Below are positions 17,757 through 27,601 of a stretch of DNA of 64,000 bases, piece after piece (the first letter of the stretch is position 1; each line of letters starts with the position of its first letter). Position numbers and translations under genes: made by a program. Source of the DNA: Klebsiella pneumoniae (GTDB lineage Bacteria > Pseudomonadota > Gammaproteobacteria > Pseudomonadales > CAMAPQ01); NCBI GenBank assembly GCA_945860125.1, contig CAMAPQ010000001.1, positions 14,187 through 78,186 of the forward strand, given 5' to 3'. The notes under the pieces were generated by a model, which was not told the DNA's origin, ran no database searches, and was given only the letters and a program-made list of their open reading frames with translations.

Positions 17757-18164
17757 TTAACCTTTATCATCAGTTTCATCATCAGACGCATCATCGGCGT
17801 TTTCTTCATCACGCTCAAACTGATTCGTCGCAACAGGGGCACGAGATTCACCTTTTGCTAAAGGAGATTCATCGGTTACTGCTTGCTTACACTTTACGGT
17901 TAAGCTACGAATGATTGCATCATTATATTTAAAGTTATTTTCAATCTCACGAAGCACTTCAATGCCACACTCAATATTCATCAAAATATAGTGCGCTTTA
18001 TGTATTTTATTGATTGGGTAAGCAAGCTGTCTTCTGCCCCAATCTTCAAAGCGATGGATTGTTCCACCAGAATTCTTGATCAGAGAGGTATAGCGCTCAG
18101 TCATAACGCTCACTTGCTCACTCTGATCTGGATGAACCAGAAATACGATTTCGTAATGTCTCAT
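17757..18164 (-). CDS. rpsF: 30S ribosomal protein S6
   Basis: [18 protein letters not shown]...[11 protein letters not shown]...AHY with an acidic C-terminal tail. Confidence 0.95.
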   Translation of the reverse strand: MRHYEIVFLVHPDQSEQVSVMTERYTSLIKNSGGTIHRFEDWGRRQLAYPINKIHKAHYILMNIECGIEVLREIENNFKYNDAIIRSLTVKCKQAVTDESPLAKGESRAPVATNQFERDEENADDASDDETDDKG

Positions 18165-18289
18165 TTATACTCCTTATGGATTTAATTCAGCCTCCCTCAG
18201 GTTATCTAAAGCGAACTACCACTATTAATAAACAATAATAAAACAACCAAAACAACTAAAGGTGAGGCAAGGATCAGGGAAGAGGGATT

Positions 18290-19117
18290 CTAGTGAACTT
18301 TAACTGTCGGCGCAACCTTTGTTATGGGGCGAACATGATCTCTCTGCCTAACCGCCTCAAAAAGACATAACCCTGTTGCCACTGAGACATTCAAACTTTG
18401 AATAGTCCCTGCCATTGGAATGTAAATTAGCTCATCACATAAATCTCGCGTCAGCTTCCTCATCCCTTCCCCTTCAGCACCCATAACCATAATAATATTT
18501 CTTTTTAAATCAGAGGAATACAGGCTTTTGGCGCCATCATCAAGCAAGGTGCCCAGCACCCAGACATTCTGTTCTTTCGCTTTAGTCAAAGCACGGGCAA
18601 GATTAGTAACCAAAAAAATACTTAATAAATCAACAGCGCCAGAGGCAACTTTACGAACAATAGGACTAATCTGGGCAGATTTATCTTTAGGCAAAATGAC
18701 GCCATCAGCGCCTGCTGCTGCTGCCACTCGCAAACATGCACCCAAGTTATGCGGATCTGTAATTTGATCTAAAGCAAGAAATAAGAGCGGGCGATGCTGA
18801 TCAGCATCACAGATAAGTTTGTCGAGATCATGCTCATCTAAAGCCTGCCCATTACGCACCTCCGCCACAACACCCTGATGAACCTGATCTCCCACCCACT
18901 TCTCAATAGTTTTACTCGGTACAAACTCAACATGAATGCCAGCCTGCCTTGCCTTATCAAGCAAAGTCTGCTGCTTTGCACTTACTTGAGGCTTCTTTTG
19001 AGGGGCACCTTTGGCCGCAAACTCTGCAAAAAACAGATTCAGCACAAGCTCAGGCTTCTGAGATAAAAGTGACTCTACCGCGTGAAAACCAAACACCCAC
19101 TGTGTATTCTGAGCCAT
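18290..19117 (-). CDS. rlmB: 23S rRNA (guanosine-2'-O-)-methyltransferase RlmB (SpoU/TrmH family)
   Basis: SpoU motifs LDQITDPHNLGACLRVAAAAGADGVILP, MGAEGEGMR and SLNVSVATG. Confidence 0.85.
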   Translation of the reverse strand: MAQNTQWVFGFHAVESLLSQKPELVLNLFFAEFAAKGAPQKKPQVSAKQQTLLDKARQAGIHVEFVPSKTIEKWVGDQVHQGVVAEVRNGQALDEHDLDKLICDADQHRPLLFLALDQITDPHNLGACLRVAAAAGADGVILPKDKSAQISPIVRKVASGAVDLLSIFLVTNLARALTKAKEQNVWVLGTLLDDGAKSLYSSDLKRNIIMVMGAEGEGMRKLTRDLCDELIYIPMAGTIQSLNVSVATGLCLFEAVRQRDHVRPITKVAPTVKVH

Positions 19118-19203
19118 GAAAAAATACCTAAATCAAAAACGAATAAATCATCCCTGAGGATCTCATCGATACAAAAAAATAGCGCATCCAGACGATAAGC
19201 CAA

Positions 19204-21381
19204 CTAAGCAGGCTCTAGCTTGGCATACTGCGCAATTAACCACTTACTGCCCACCTTATCAAAACTAACATGTACACGCGAACTATCACCCATACCCTCA
19301 CAATCAAGCACGGTACCAGAGCCAAAGGTCTTATGCGTTACACGCTGTCCAAGCCTGAACAAGGAATCATCCTGCTGAGGAGAATAACCCCAGCGCTTAA
19401 CCTGCTCTATCGGCTTTATAACTGTTGCCGTTTTTCTCGTATGACTCAATAATTCCGGCGGGATTTCCCTTAAAAACCGAGAAGGTTTTCTCATCTTTTC
19501 TTCGCCATACAGTTGACGGCACTCAGCATGGCTAAGCGTTAATTTTTCTTTGGCGCGAGTAATTCCGACATAACACAGCCTTCTTTCTTCCTCTAGCCCA
19601 CCCTCACCCGACAAGCTCATTTGATGAGGAAAAAGACCCTCTTCCAATCCAACGATAAAAACAACGGGAAACTCTAAGCCTTTGGATGAATGCAGCGTCA
19701 TCAGTTGCACAGCATCTGCAACCTTCTCCTGAACATGACCAGACTCTAAACTCGCATGAGATAAAAACAAGGACAAAGCAGCGCCAAGATCTTCCCCTGA
19801 CAAAGTCTGCTCAAACTCACTAGTCGCAGAAATAAGTTCTTTAATGTTTTCAACGCGATTCTGTGACTTTTCACCCTTTTCTTTTTCATAAAATGGGATC
19901 AAGCCGCTCAAGTCAATTGTAAGTTCAACTTTTTCTGACAGAGTACGGCCCTGTGCAGCATCATCAATACCATCAATCAAAGCCAAAAACTGTGCAATTG
20001 CAGCAGAAGCTCTGCCGGCTAATTGCCTAGCATCAATCAATGATCTGGCCGCAGCCCACAAAGAAATATTGCTCTGCCGACTATAAGAACGCAAAACATC
20101 AAGTGATTTTTCGCCAATACCCCTAGAAGGCAAGTTAATCACCCTTTCAAAAGAAGCATCATCATCTCTCACGAGCAGCAAACGAAGATAAGCAAGCACG
20201 TTTTTAATTTCTGCCCGCTCAAAAAAGCGTAAACCACCATATATGCGATAAGGAATCGCTGCGCGCATAAGCGCTTCTTCCAGTGCCCGGGACTGCGCGT
20301 TAGAACGATAAAGAATAGCAAAGCTAGAGTAGCCTCTACCGCCATCAACTTCTGCTTGAACTCTCTCACAAATATAACGCGCTTCGTCTGTTTCACTAAA
20401 AGCAGCATAAAGTGTTATCGGTTCACCCTGATCACCTGCTGTCCATAAGTTTTTACCAAGCCTGCCGGTATTTTGTTTAATAACCGCATTAGCTGCTTGC
20501 AAAATAACTGCTGTCGAACGATAGTTCTGCTCAAGACGCACAACTGAAGCACCAGGAAAATCACACTCAAAATCACGAATATTAGCAACTTGAGCGCCGC
20601 GCCAGCCATAGATAGACTGATCATCATCACCAACTACCGTCACGTCGGCATCGGAACCACGCGAAAGCAGCTTCAACCAAGCATACTGTACCGTGTTGGT
20701 ATCTTGAAACTCATCAACCAATAAATGCCTAAATTTTTGCTGGTAATGGGCAAGCAAATCAGGCGAGTTACGCCAAAGCTCAAGCGCACGCAACAAGAGC
20801 TCTGCAAAATCTAACATGCTATTTTTTGCACATGCAGACTCATAAGCCTCATAGAGGCCATGCATAGTCCTTGCTTGAATATCTTTGCCAGGATCAATAC
20901 CTGAAGCCCTTAACCCCTTGTCTTTATTGCTGTTTACATAGTACTGAACCTGTCTTGGTACCCATTTTTCTTCATCTAGATCCATTAATTTTATAATTCT
21001 ACGGATCATTTTAAGCTGATCTTCAGAATCCATAATCTGAAAATTCTCGCTTAAACCAGCTTCACGCCAATGACACCTTAATAAACGGTGCGCAATGCTG
21101 TGGAAGGTTCCTACCCACATAGACGATAAATTACCGCCAATCATCTGTTGAAGACGACTACGCATTTCAGCTGCCGCTTTATTCGTAAAGGTAACCGCTA
21201 AAACAGAGAAGGGAGACAGGCCGTTATCAACAAGCCAGGCAATCCTTTGTACCAAAACACGGGTTTTACCACTACCAGCACCGGCTAGAACGAGAAGAGC
21301 GCGAGCATTGCTCACGACGGCCTCTTTTTGGGCGGGATTTAAATACTGAAGATAGTGTTCCGCATTATTTGCGCTAATCAT
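19204..21381 (-). CDS. uvrD: DNA helicase II UvrD
   Basis: LNPAQKEAV...VLAGAGSGKTRVLVQRIAWLV, DEFQDTN and YRS motifs, plus a UvrD-type C-terminal Tudor-like tail GQRVTHKTFGSGTVL. The track ORF reaches 21444. The ATG at 21381 has an AGAGGA sequence 9 nt upstream and gives ~725 aa. Confidence 0.9.
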   Translation of the reverse strand: MISANNAEHYLQYLNPAQKEAVVSNARALLVLAGAGSGKTRVLVQRIAWLVDNGLSPFSVLAVTFTNKAAAEMRSRLQQMIGGNLSSMWVGTFHSIAHRLLRCHWREAGLSENFQIMDSEDQLKMIRRIIKLMDLDEEKWVPRQVQYYVNSNKDKGLRASGIDPGKDIQARTMHGLYEAYESACAKNSMLDFAELLLRALELWRNSPDLLAHYQQKFRHLLVDEFQDTNTVQYAWLKLLSRGSDADVTVVGDDDQSIYGWRGAQVANIRDFECDFPGASVVRLEQNYRSTAVILQAANAVIKQNTGRLGKNLWTAGDQGEPITLYAAFSETDEARYICERVQAEVDGGRGYSSFAILYRSNAQSRALEEALMRAAIPYRIYGGLRFFERAEIKNVLAYLRLLLVRDDDASFERVINLPSRGIGEKSLDVLRSYSRQSNISLWAAARSLIDARQLAGRASAAIAQFLALIDGIDDAAQGRTLSEKVELTIDLSGLIPFYEKEKGEKSQNRVENIKELISATSEFEQTLSGEDLGAALSLFLSHASLESGHVQEKVADAVQLMTLHSSKGLEFPVVFIVGLEEGLFPHQMSLSGEGGLEEERRLCYVGITRAKEKLTLSHAECRQLYGEEKMRKPSRFLREIPPELLSHTRKTATVIKPIEQVKRWGYSPQQDDSLFRLGQRVTHKTFGSGTVLDCEGMGDSSRVHVSFDKVGSKWLIAQYAKLEPA

Positions 21382-21513
21382 GACTATCATTCCTCTTGAA
21401 TTATGACGTGCCCCAAAAGCCGGGAACGAAAACTCGTCCGCCAAGCTTATTACATAAAGAGCTTAAGAAGCGTCATTCTAATAGGAACAAAAAAAAGAAG
21501 ACATGATGGCAAA

Positions 21514-21536
21514 CAAAAAATAGCCCTGTTAGGGCT
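21514..21536 (-). terminator. Rho-independent terminator after the 109-aa gene
   Basis: On the minus strand: AGCCCT-aac-AGGGCT followed by ATTTTTTG. Confidence 0.6.
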
Positions 21537-21584
21537 GAAAATATTTATAAAAATGATGCCAAGTTGTGCGCTGGACAGGACAGA

Positions 21585-21914
21585 CTAATAGTACTCTTCA
21601 CGATCATCAAGGTGTTTTCTGGTACAACCTAAACAACGGACAAAAGTTGATTTAAAAGGCGTAACAACCAATTTCTGACCTGCTTCCTCAGCATTACCAC
21701 CCAAAAAAGAAAACGGTAAGGTTAGAACGTAAAAACCCGTGCCACCTAAGGTAGCAAGAAACATTAAAGGCCTCATTAAAACTGCATCGGCCGCCATTGC
21801 AATCGCACCTGGCCTTTCTTCAACTTTCTTAGCATGAGAATGCAAAGGAAAGGTCACACTTAAAAACAACGCAGATGACATTAAAACAAGCTTTGCTTTC
21901 TCTCTTATTTTCAT
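21585..21914 (-). CDS. Small exported/membrane protein, conserved hypothetical
   Basis: 109 aa. Signal-like N-terminus MKIREKAKLVLMSSALFLSVTFPLHSHA, then a hydrophobic segment RPLMFLATLGGTGFYVLTLPFSFLGGN. Function unknown. Confidence 0.5.
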   Translation of the reverse strand: MKIREKAKLVLMSSALFLSVTFPLHSHAKKVEERPGAIAMAADAVLMRPLMFLATLGGTGFYVLTLPFSFLGGNAEEAGQKLVVTPFKSTFVRCLGCTRKHLDDREEYY

Positions 21915-22100
21915 ACAAAACGACCTCTTTTTTTATTTCTTGCTTCAGTAAAACTGACGGCCCTTACCATTATTTCAGCAAGCAGGCTATAAATACTACC
22001 CACTCATTCACCGGCATAATTTAATGATAGCTGTAACTTGCGAGACGAGGAAAGAAGCCGATTAATAAATTCACATAATTCCTACAAAAAAACCGCTTAC

Positions 22101-22916
22101 TTATAATTGGCACTGGGGACAAAAAACTGTAGACCTTTGATTTATCTTTGTTTTTATAAGTATCTGCGCACAATGGGCGCACGCAACCCCCTCTTTACCA
22201 TAAACTGAAAAATGGTGTTGAAAATAGCCTTTATGGCCATTCTCATCAACAAAGTCTTTAATGCTTGAGCCGCCAGCAGCAATAGCCCGATTCAAAACAT
22301 CGGATACACAGAGAAACAATCTCTCAAAATCATCCCCAGTTAACTGATTGCAGGGACGCAAAGGATGGATCGCAGCCTGAAATAGCGCTTCTTGTGCATA
22401 AATATTACCAACACCCACCACAACTTTATTGTCCATCAAGGCAGCTTTAATGGGAATTGTCCTGCCTTTTAACATACCTTGCAGATAAGCTGCATTAAAC
22501 TGATTACCTAAAGGCTCAGGCCCTAAAGACAGAAAATGTTTTTCTTGCGCGATATCCTCTTCGCTAAAAGAAACAGAGCCAAACCGCCTTGGATCATTAA
22601 ATCTTAAAACCGAGTGATCACTGAAACACCAATCAATATGATCATGCTTTTTTACCGCGACAGACCCAGACAATAACTGCACCCGACCAGACATACCAAG
22701 ATGAATAAGCGTATAACCATAATCACTAAACAAAACAAGCCACTTTGCACGCCGTTCAACACAATGAATGGACTGCCCCCTCATCCAATCAGCATAATCC
22801 TTTGAAAGCGGATAACGAAAACGGGTCTCACGAATAATCATTTTTTCAATGCGCTTACCAGGCAAATGAGGCGCAAGACCTCTAACAATAGTCTCAACCT
22901 CAGGCAGTTCGGGCAT
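22101..22916 (-). CDS. mutM: Formamidopyrimidine-DNA glycosylase
   Basis: True start MPELPEVETIVRGL at 22916 (track ORF extends to 22970). C-terminal zinc finger CAHC...CPQCQ. Confidence 0.93.
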   Translation of the reverse strand: MPELPEVETIVRGLAPHLPGKRIEKMIIRETRFRYPLSKDYADWMRGQSIHCVERRAKWLVLFSDYGYTLIHLGMSGRVQLLSGSVAVKKHDHIDWCFSDHSVLRFNDPRRFGSVSFSEEDIAQEKHFLSLGPEPLGNQFNAAYLQGMLKGRTIPIKAALMDNKVVVGVGNIYAQEALFQAAIHPLRPCNQLTGDDFERLFLCVSDVLNRAIAAGGSSIKDFVDENGHKGYFQHHFSVYGKEGVACAHCAQILIKTKINQRSTVFCPQCQL

Positions 22917-22929
22917 TAAATTGGCCTTT

Positions 22930-24141
22930 TTAACTTGAAATAATAAGATTAGTTGTATGAACCCAGTCAAGGCTAGATAAATAAAACGCAGCTAATTCAG
23001 CACAAGATAAATCACGGAAACAAAGGTTATCCCAAAAACCCAACTCATAATCAATGACTGTTTTTAGAATTGAGCCAACTTCCCCCTCAAAGCTTAGTAA
23101 TGCCCCCTCAAGCTCTTGAGACAAGGGCAGCTGAGATAAAAGACAAACCCTTGACACATCCATCAGCGCAGGCATCATTGAAATCAATCCTGCAGTAAAA
23201 CAAGCATCAGGATCAGCAGTTTTTGATGCTTCAGCAATCATTTGACAAAATTTAGCGCGATGGATTGCTTTAATAAATAGCTCTTGCGGTTTATCACTTA
23301 CAGAAGATAAAGAAAGTAACTGCACCCAACACTTGAGCTCGTGCATACCAAGCGCCGCCACCGCCTGCTTAATAGAATCAATTCTTCGTGATACACCAAA
23401 AGAGGCTGAATTAACAACCTTAAGCAACTTCATCGTCAGCTGAGGATCCTGAATAATAAGCTCTTCGAGTATCTTGATATTTGGATTAAGCTTATTTAGT
23501 TCACCGACCAAATGCAAAGCTACCAGCTTTGAAAAAGGCAGCTCTTTTTCCTTCATCATGCTGGGGCGCTCAAGAAAATAACCTTGAAACCACTCAAAAC
23601 CAAGCGCCTTATAAAACTCAAACTCTTCTTGAGTTTCAATTTTTTCAGCCAATAGACGCGCACTAACGCCTAGACTAGCCAACTTTTCAATTAAAGATTT
23701 CACGCCCTCTTGCTTTAACGCTAAAACATCAATTTTAATTAAGTCTGCATATTTAAATAAAGGAACCCAGCTATCATGAAACTGAAAGTCATCAAGAGCA
23801 AAGCGGCATCCTTTTGAAGCGAGCTCTTTAACCGACGCCACTAACGCATCATCGACCACTTCTGTTTCTAGAATCTCAAGAATAACGCTCTTAAGTATCG
23901 ATCCTGGCAAATTGCCGCCCAACAAAAAAGACTTTGTTACATTAATAAGAGCAGGCAATCCGCCGGTTATTTTTTCTAATCCCATACCAATTACAGCATT
24001 CACAATCACCTGAGAAGTCGCGGTATCAGCATCCATAATAGGATAAGCAGTATTCACCTCAGTAGCACGATAAAGCAACTCATAAGCAACCACCTTTAAG
24101 TTGGCATTAAAGACAGGCTGTCGCGCTAGAAATATATGCAT
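22930..24141 (-). CDS. EAL-domain plus HDOD-domain signalling protein
   Basis: ATG at 24141 is preceded by GGGGG. EAL-type blocks are ARQPVF....VVAYELLYR, ALDDF, LIKIDV and EKIETQEEFEFYKALGFEWFQGYFLERP. The C-terminal half is HDOD-like (ELIIQDPQLTMKLLKVVNSASFG..RRIDSIKQAVAALG). Confidence 0.8.
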   Translation of the reverse strand: MHIFLARQPVFNANLKVVAYELLYRATEVNTAYPIMDADTATSQVIVNAVIGMGLEKITGGLPALINVTKSFLLGGNLPGSILKSVILEILETEVVDDALVASVKELASKGCRFALDDFQFHDSWVPLFKYADLIKIDVLALKQEGVKSLIEKLASLGVSARLLAEKIETQEEFEFYKALGFEWFQGYFLERPSMMKEKELPFSKLVALHLVGELNKLNPNIKILEELIIQDPQLTMKLLKVVNSASFGVSRRIDSIKQAVAALGMHELKCWVQLLSLSSVSDKPQELFIKAIHRAKFCQMIAEASKTADPDACFTAGLISMMPALMDVSRVCLLSQLPLSQELEGALLSFEGEVGSILKTVIDYELGFWDNLCFRDLSCAELAAFYLSSLDWVHTTNLIISS

Positions 24142-24340
24142 AGAACCCCCCAACTCTCAATTAAAGCCTAATACTATTATTGTGCACGACCTTATGCACC
24201 CTTACACTCAGAACACAACGCTTGCTTCATCTCATTCTTAACTCATATTCTAAATATAATGGATATGAGCATAAAAACTTAGCCCACAATCAAATGCGAT
24301 GCGATAGCGGTTCCTTTTTCACTAACAACGAGGAGGCTTC

Positions 24341-25531
24341 ATGCCTGCATATTTCGGTTATTTTGACATGAGCTTAATGACCGTTATTTTTTTAACACTA
24401 CTGCTTACCCATATCACGATTACAAGTGTAACGATATACCTCCACCGATTTTCGGCACATAGAGCGATACAGCTTCACCCGATCGTACAACATTTTTTTA
24501 GATTTTGGCTATGGTTAACAACAAGCACCATAACGAAAGAATGGACGGCTGTACACCGTAAGCATCACGCAAAAGTTGAAACGAGCGAGGATCCTCACAG
24601 CCCTAAAATTGCCGGCATTAAAACTGTCCTATTGCAAGGTGCTGAGCTTTACAGAAAAGAAGCAAAAAATCAGCAAACACTCGAACAATACGGGAAAGGC
24701 ACACCAGATGATTGGATAGAACATAACATCTATACTAAGCAAAGAAATTTTGGCCCAGTAATTATGCTAATGATCAATCTGTTTCTTTTCGGTCCAATTG
24801 GATTAACAGTATGGGCTGTACAAATGATGTGGATTCCTATTTTTGCAGCAGGCATTATTAATGGAGCAGGCCACCACTGGGGTTACAGAAATTTTGAGTC
24901 TCAAGATCAATCAACCAATATTATACCTTGGGGTTTATTCATTGGGGGCGAAGAGCTTCATAACAACCATCACGCCTACCCAAATTCAGCTAAGCTTTCT
25001 CATCACAAATGGGAGATTGATTTAGGATGGATTTATATCAAAACATTGTCTTTTTTAGGCTTAGCAAAAATCTTATCTTTGCCGCCTAAAGCGATACACA
25101 ATAAAAACAAGTTTGAAATTGATATGGATACGATTAAAGCTATTCTTTCAAGCCGGTTACAGTTAATTGAGCAATATAAAAAGCGTGTTGTTACACCGCT
25201 GGTAGAAAAGGAAAAAGCGCAAGCTTCCAAGCAATACAATCAATTATTCAGAAGAGCTAAAAGCCTGCTAATCAGAGAAAGAACTTTAGTTAACGAGCGG
25301 GATCAAATTGATCTTTATCAGCTCTGGAAATTAAGCCCCTCACTAAAAACAGCCTATGAATTTAAAGAACAGCTACAGCAAGTATGGGAAAAAACAACGA
25401 TCAATAAAAACGAAATGGTTCAACTGCTTGTTCAGTGGTGCCACGAAGCGGAACGATCTGGCATTCAGTCTCTGCAAGAGTTTGCAATGATCCTCAAAGG
25501 CTATACGTTACAGCCTGCTGCTACTCACTAA
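24341..25531 (+). CDS. Membrane fatty-acid (acyl-lipid/acyl-CoA delta-9 type) desaturase, DesA-like
   Basis: Three His boxes (HRFSAH, HRKHH, HNNHH) with intervening hydrophobic spans. A ~180-aa soluble helical C-terminal extension follows. Confidence 0.85.
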   Translation: MPAYFGYFDMSLMTVIFLTLLLTHITITSVTIYLHRFSAHRAIQLHPIVQHFFRFWLWLTTSTITKEWTAVHRKHHAKVETSEDPHSPKIAGIKTVLLQGAELYRKEAKNQQTLEQYGKGTPDDWIEHNIYTKQRNFGPVIMLMINLFLFGPIGLTVWAVQMMWIPIFAAGIINGAGHHWGYRNFESQDQSTNIIPWGLFIGGEELHNNHHAYPNSAKLSHHKWEIDLGWIYIKTLSFLGLAKILSLPPKAIHNKNKFEIDMDTIKAILSSRLQLIEQYKKRVVTPLVEKEKAQASKQYNQLFRRAKSLLIRERTLVNERDQIDLYQLWKLSPSLKTAYEFKEQLQQVWEKTTINKNEMVQLLVQWCHEAERSGIQSLQEFAMILKGYTLQPAATH

Positions 25532-25598
25532 CAGCTTACAAAAACCAATACTTTATCGGCGCCAAAACTTGCGGCGCCGCATCACGTTGAAGCAGACA

Positions 25599-25629
25599 CA
25601 AAAAAAGGCGTCAATTGACGCCTTTTTTT
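25599..25629. terminator. Bidirectional rho-independent terminator between the desaturase gene and amtB
   Basis: Perfect palindrome GGCGTCAATTGACGCC (25607..25622) flanked by an A-run upstream and a T-run downstream. Confidence 0.8.
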
Positions 25630-25666
25630 ACTACTTAATACTGAACTGACACTCAAAAAAGCTAGT

Positions 25667-27004
25667 CTAATCAACTCGCTCTCTATGCAAGCTTAAATCT
25701 AAACCTTGACGCTCTTCTTCTTCAGTTACACGCAAACCAATTGTTAAATCAAGCACCTTTAATATTCCAAAAGTGACAACAGCACAGTAAATCATCGTTG
25801 CTGCCGTACCTTGAATTTGAATCATTACCTGATCCATCATTGGCGCCACTTTAGGAACACCACCCGTAATGGTTTCAGTTGCAAAAACACCAGTTAAAAT
25901 GGCGCCTAAAATACCACCAATACCATGTACGCCAAATGCATCTAAAGAATCATCTGCTTTTAAGATATGCTTCAACACAGTTGCGCTTAAATAGCACACC
26001 ACGCCAGCAAGCAAACCAATCATTAAAGCACCAGCAGGATCAACATAACCAGAGGCGGGTGTAATCGCGACAAGGCCAGCGACTGCGCCAGAAGCAATAC
26101 CCAGCACCGAGGGCTCACCTTTTTGCAACCACTCAGTAAACATCCAAGAAAGCGCTGCAGAAGCTGCTGCAATTTGAGTGACAGCCATTGCCATACCCGC
26201 ACGGCCATCAGCAGCCAGCCAAGAGCCTGCATTAAAACCAAACCAGCCAACCCATAACATCGAGGCACCAATAATAGTTAGTACAAGATTATGAGGCATC
26301 ATCGCTTCTTTGCCATAACCAAGACGCTTTCCTAACATATAAGCAGCAACCAATCCTGCAACCCCAGCATTAATGTGCACAACTGTTCCACCTGCAAAAT
26401 CAAGCATGCCTTTTGCAAATAACCAACCGCCCGCTTCCCATACCCAATGCGCAATAGGCGCATACACAATCAGAGACCACACGACAGAAAAAATAAGCAT
26501 TGCAGAAAACTTCATTCTTTCAGCAAAAGCACCAGTAATAAGCGCAGGGGTAATAATCGCAAAAGTCATCTGAAAAATACAAAAGACAATTTCAGGGATC
26601 GTATAGGTTACACCCGTGCCGTCAGTCCATAACTGATTAACACCGATACCAGATAAAAACATCTTACTAAAACCACCAATAAAAGCATTCCCAGGTGTAA
26701 AGGCTAAGGAATAACCTACCACCATCCAAACAATAGAAATAAGGCAAGTAATTGCAAAACTTTGCATAACCGTCGCTAAAACGTTTTTCTTACGCACCAT
26801 TCCGCCATAAAAAAGAGCCAAGCCAGGAATAGTCATAAATAACACCAAAGCACAAGCTGTAATCATCCATGCAGTATCGCCATGATCAAGCTTAACTTCT
26901 GGCGTCGCCGCAACAGCGGTAACAGCTGACACAACGTCTTCAGCAAAAACAGGCACACCCATAAACGAGAACAATAAAAAGAATATAATCAGTATTTTTT
27001 TCAC
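25667..27004 (-). CDS. amtB: Ammonium transporter AmtB
   Basis: 445 aa polytopic protein with DFAGGTVVHINAG and FGVHGIGGILG motifs, directly downstream of glnK. Confidence 0.95.
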   Translation of the reverse strand: MKKILIIFFLLFSFMGVPVFAEDVVSAVTAVAATPEVKLDHGDTAWMITACALVLFMTIPGLALFYGGMVRKKNVLATVMQSFAITCLISIVWMVVGYSLAFTPGNAFIGGFSKMFLSGIGVNQLWTDGTGVTYTIPEIVFCIFQMTFAIITPALITGAFAERMKFSAMLIFSVVWSLIVYAPIAHWVWEAGGWLFAKGMLDFAGGTVVHINAGVAGLVAAYMLGKRLGYGKEAMMPHNLVLTIIGASMLWVGWFGFNAGSWLAADGRAGMAMAVTQIAAASAALSWMFTEWLQKGEPSVLGIASGAVAGLVAITPASGYVDPAGALMIGLLAGVVCYLSATVLKHILKADDSLDAFGVHGIGGILGAILTGVFATETITGGVPKVAPMMDQVMIQIQGTAATMIYCAVVTFGILKVLDLTIGLRVTEEEERQGLDLSLHRERVD

Positions 27005-27022
27005 AACAAAACCCCCAAAAAA

Positions 27023-27367
<345 letters not shown>

Positions 27368-27456
27368 CTACTCCTGCGGTTATTAATCATTCAAAAAAAA
27401 GCAAAATTCAAAATGAAGCAATAGCTGCCTATGCCATCATTTCTCCACCACGCCAA

Positions 27457-27472
27457 AGCAATAGACATGCCA
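27457..27472 (-). promoter_or_regulatory. Sigma-54 (-24/-12) promoter for glnK-amtB
   Basis: Minus strand reads TGGCAT-GTCTA-TTGCT (GG-N10-GC spacing, consensus TGGCAC-N5-TTGCW), ~95 nt upstream of the glnK ATG. Confidence 0.7.
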
Positions 27473-27601
27473 AAAAATATTTACAGAAATAACAACAAGT
27501 TACAAATAAAAAAAGAAAAATGACGCAGAAGCGAACCAATGCAGCGCAAGGAAGCAATAAAACAGAGCGCAACGCACTAATCTGGAGCGATAAGCAAGGA
27601 G

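Noticed and set aside
22917-22970. N-terminal extension of mutM overlapping the EAL-HDOD gene
   Set aside because: Fpg must begin with Met-Pro (MPELPEVE), because the Pro exposed after Met removal is catalytic. The upstream in-frame codons are not coding.
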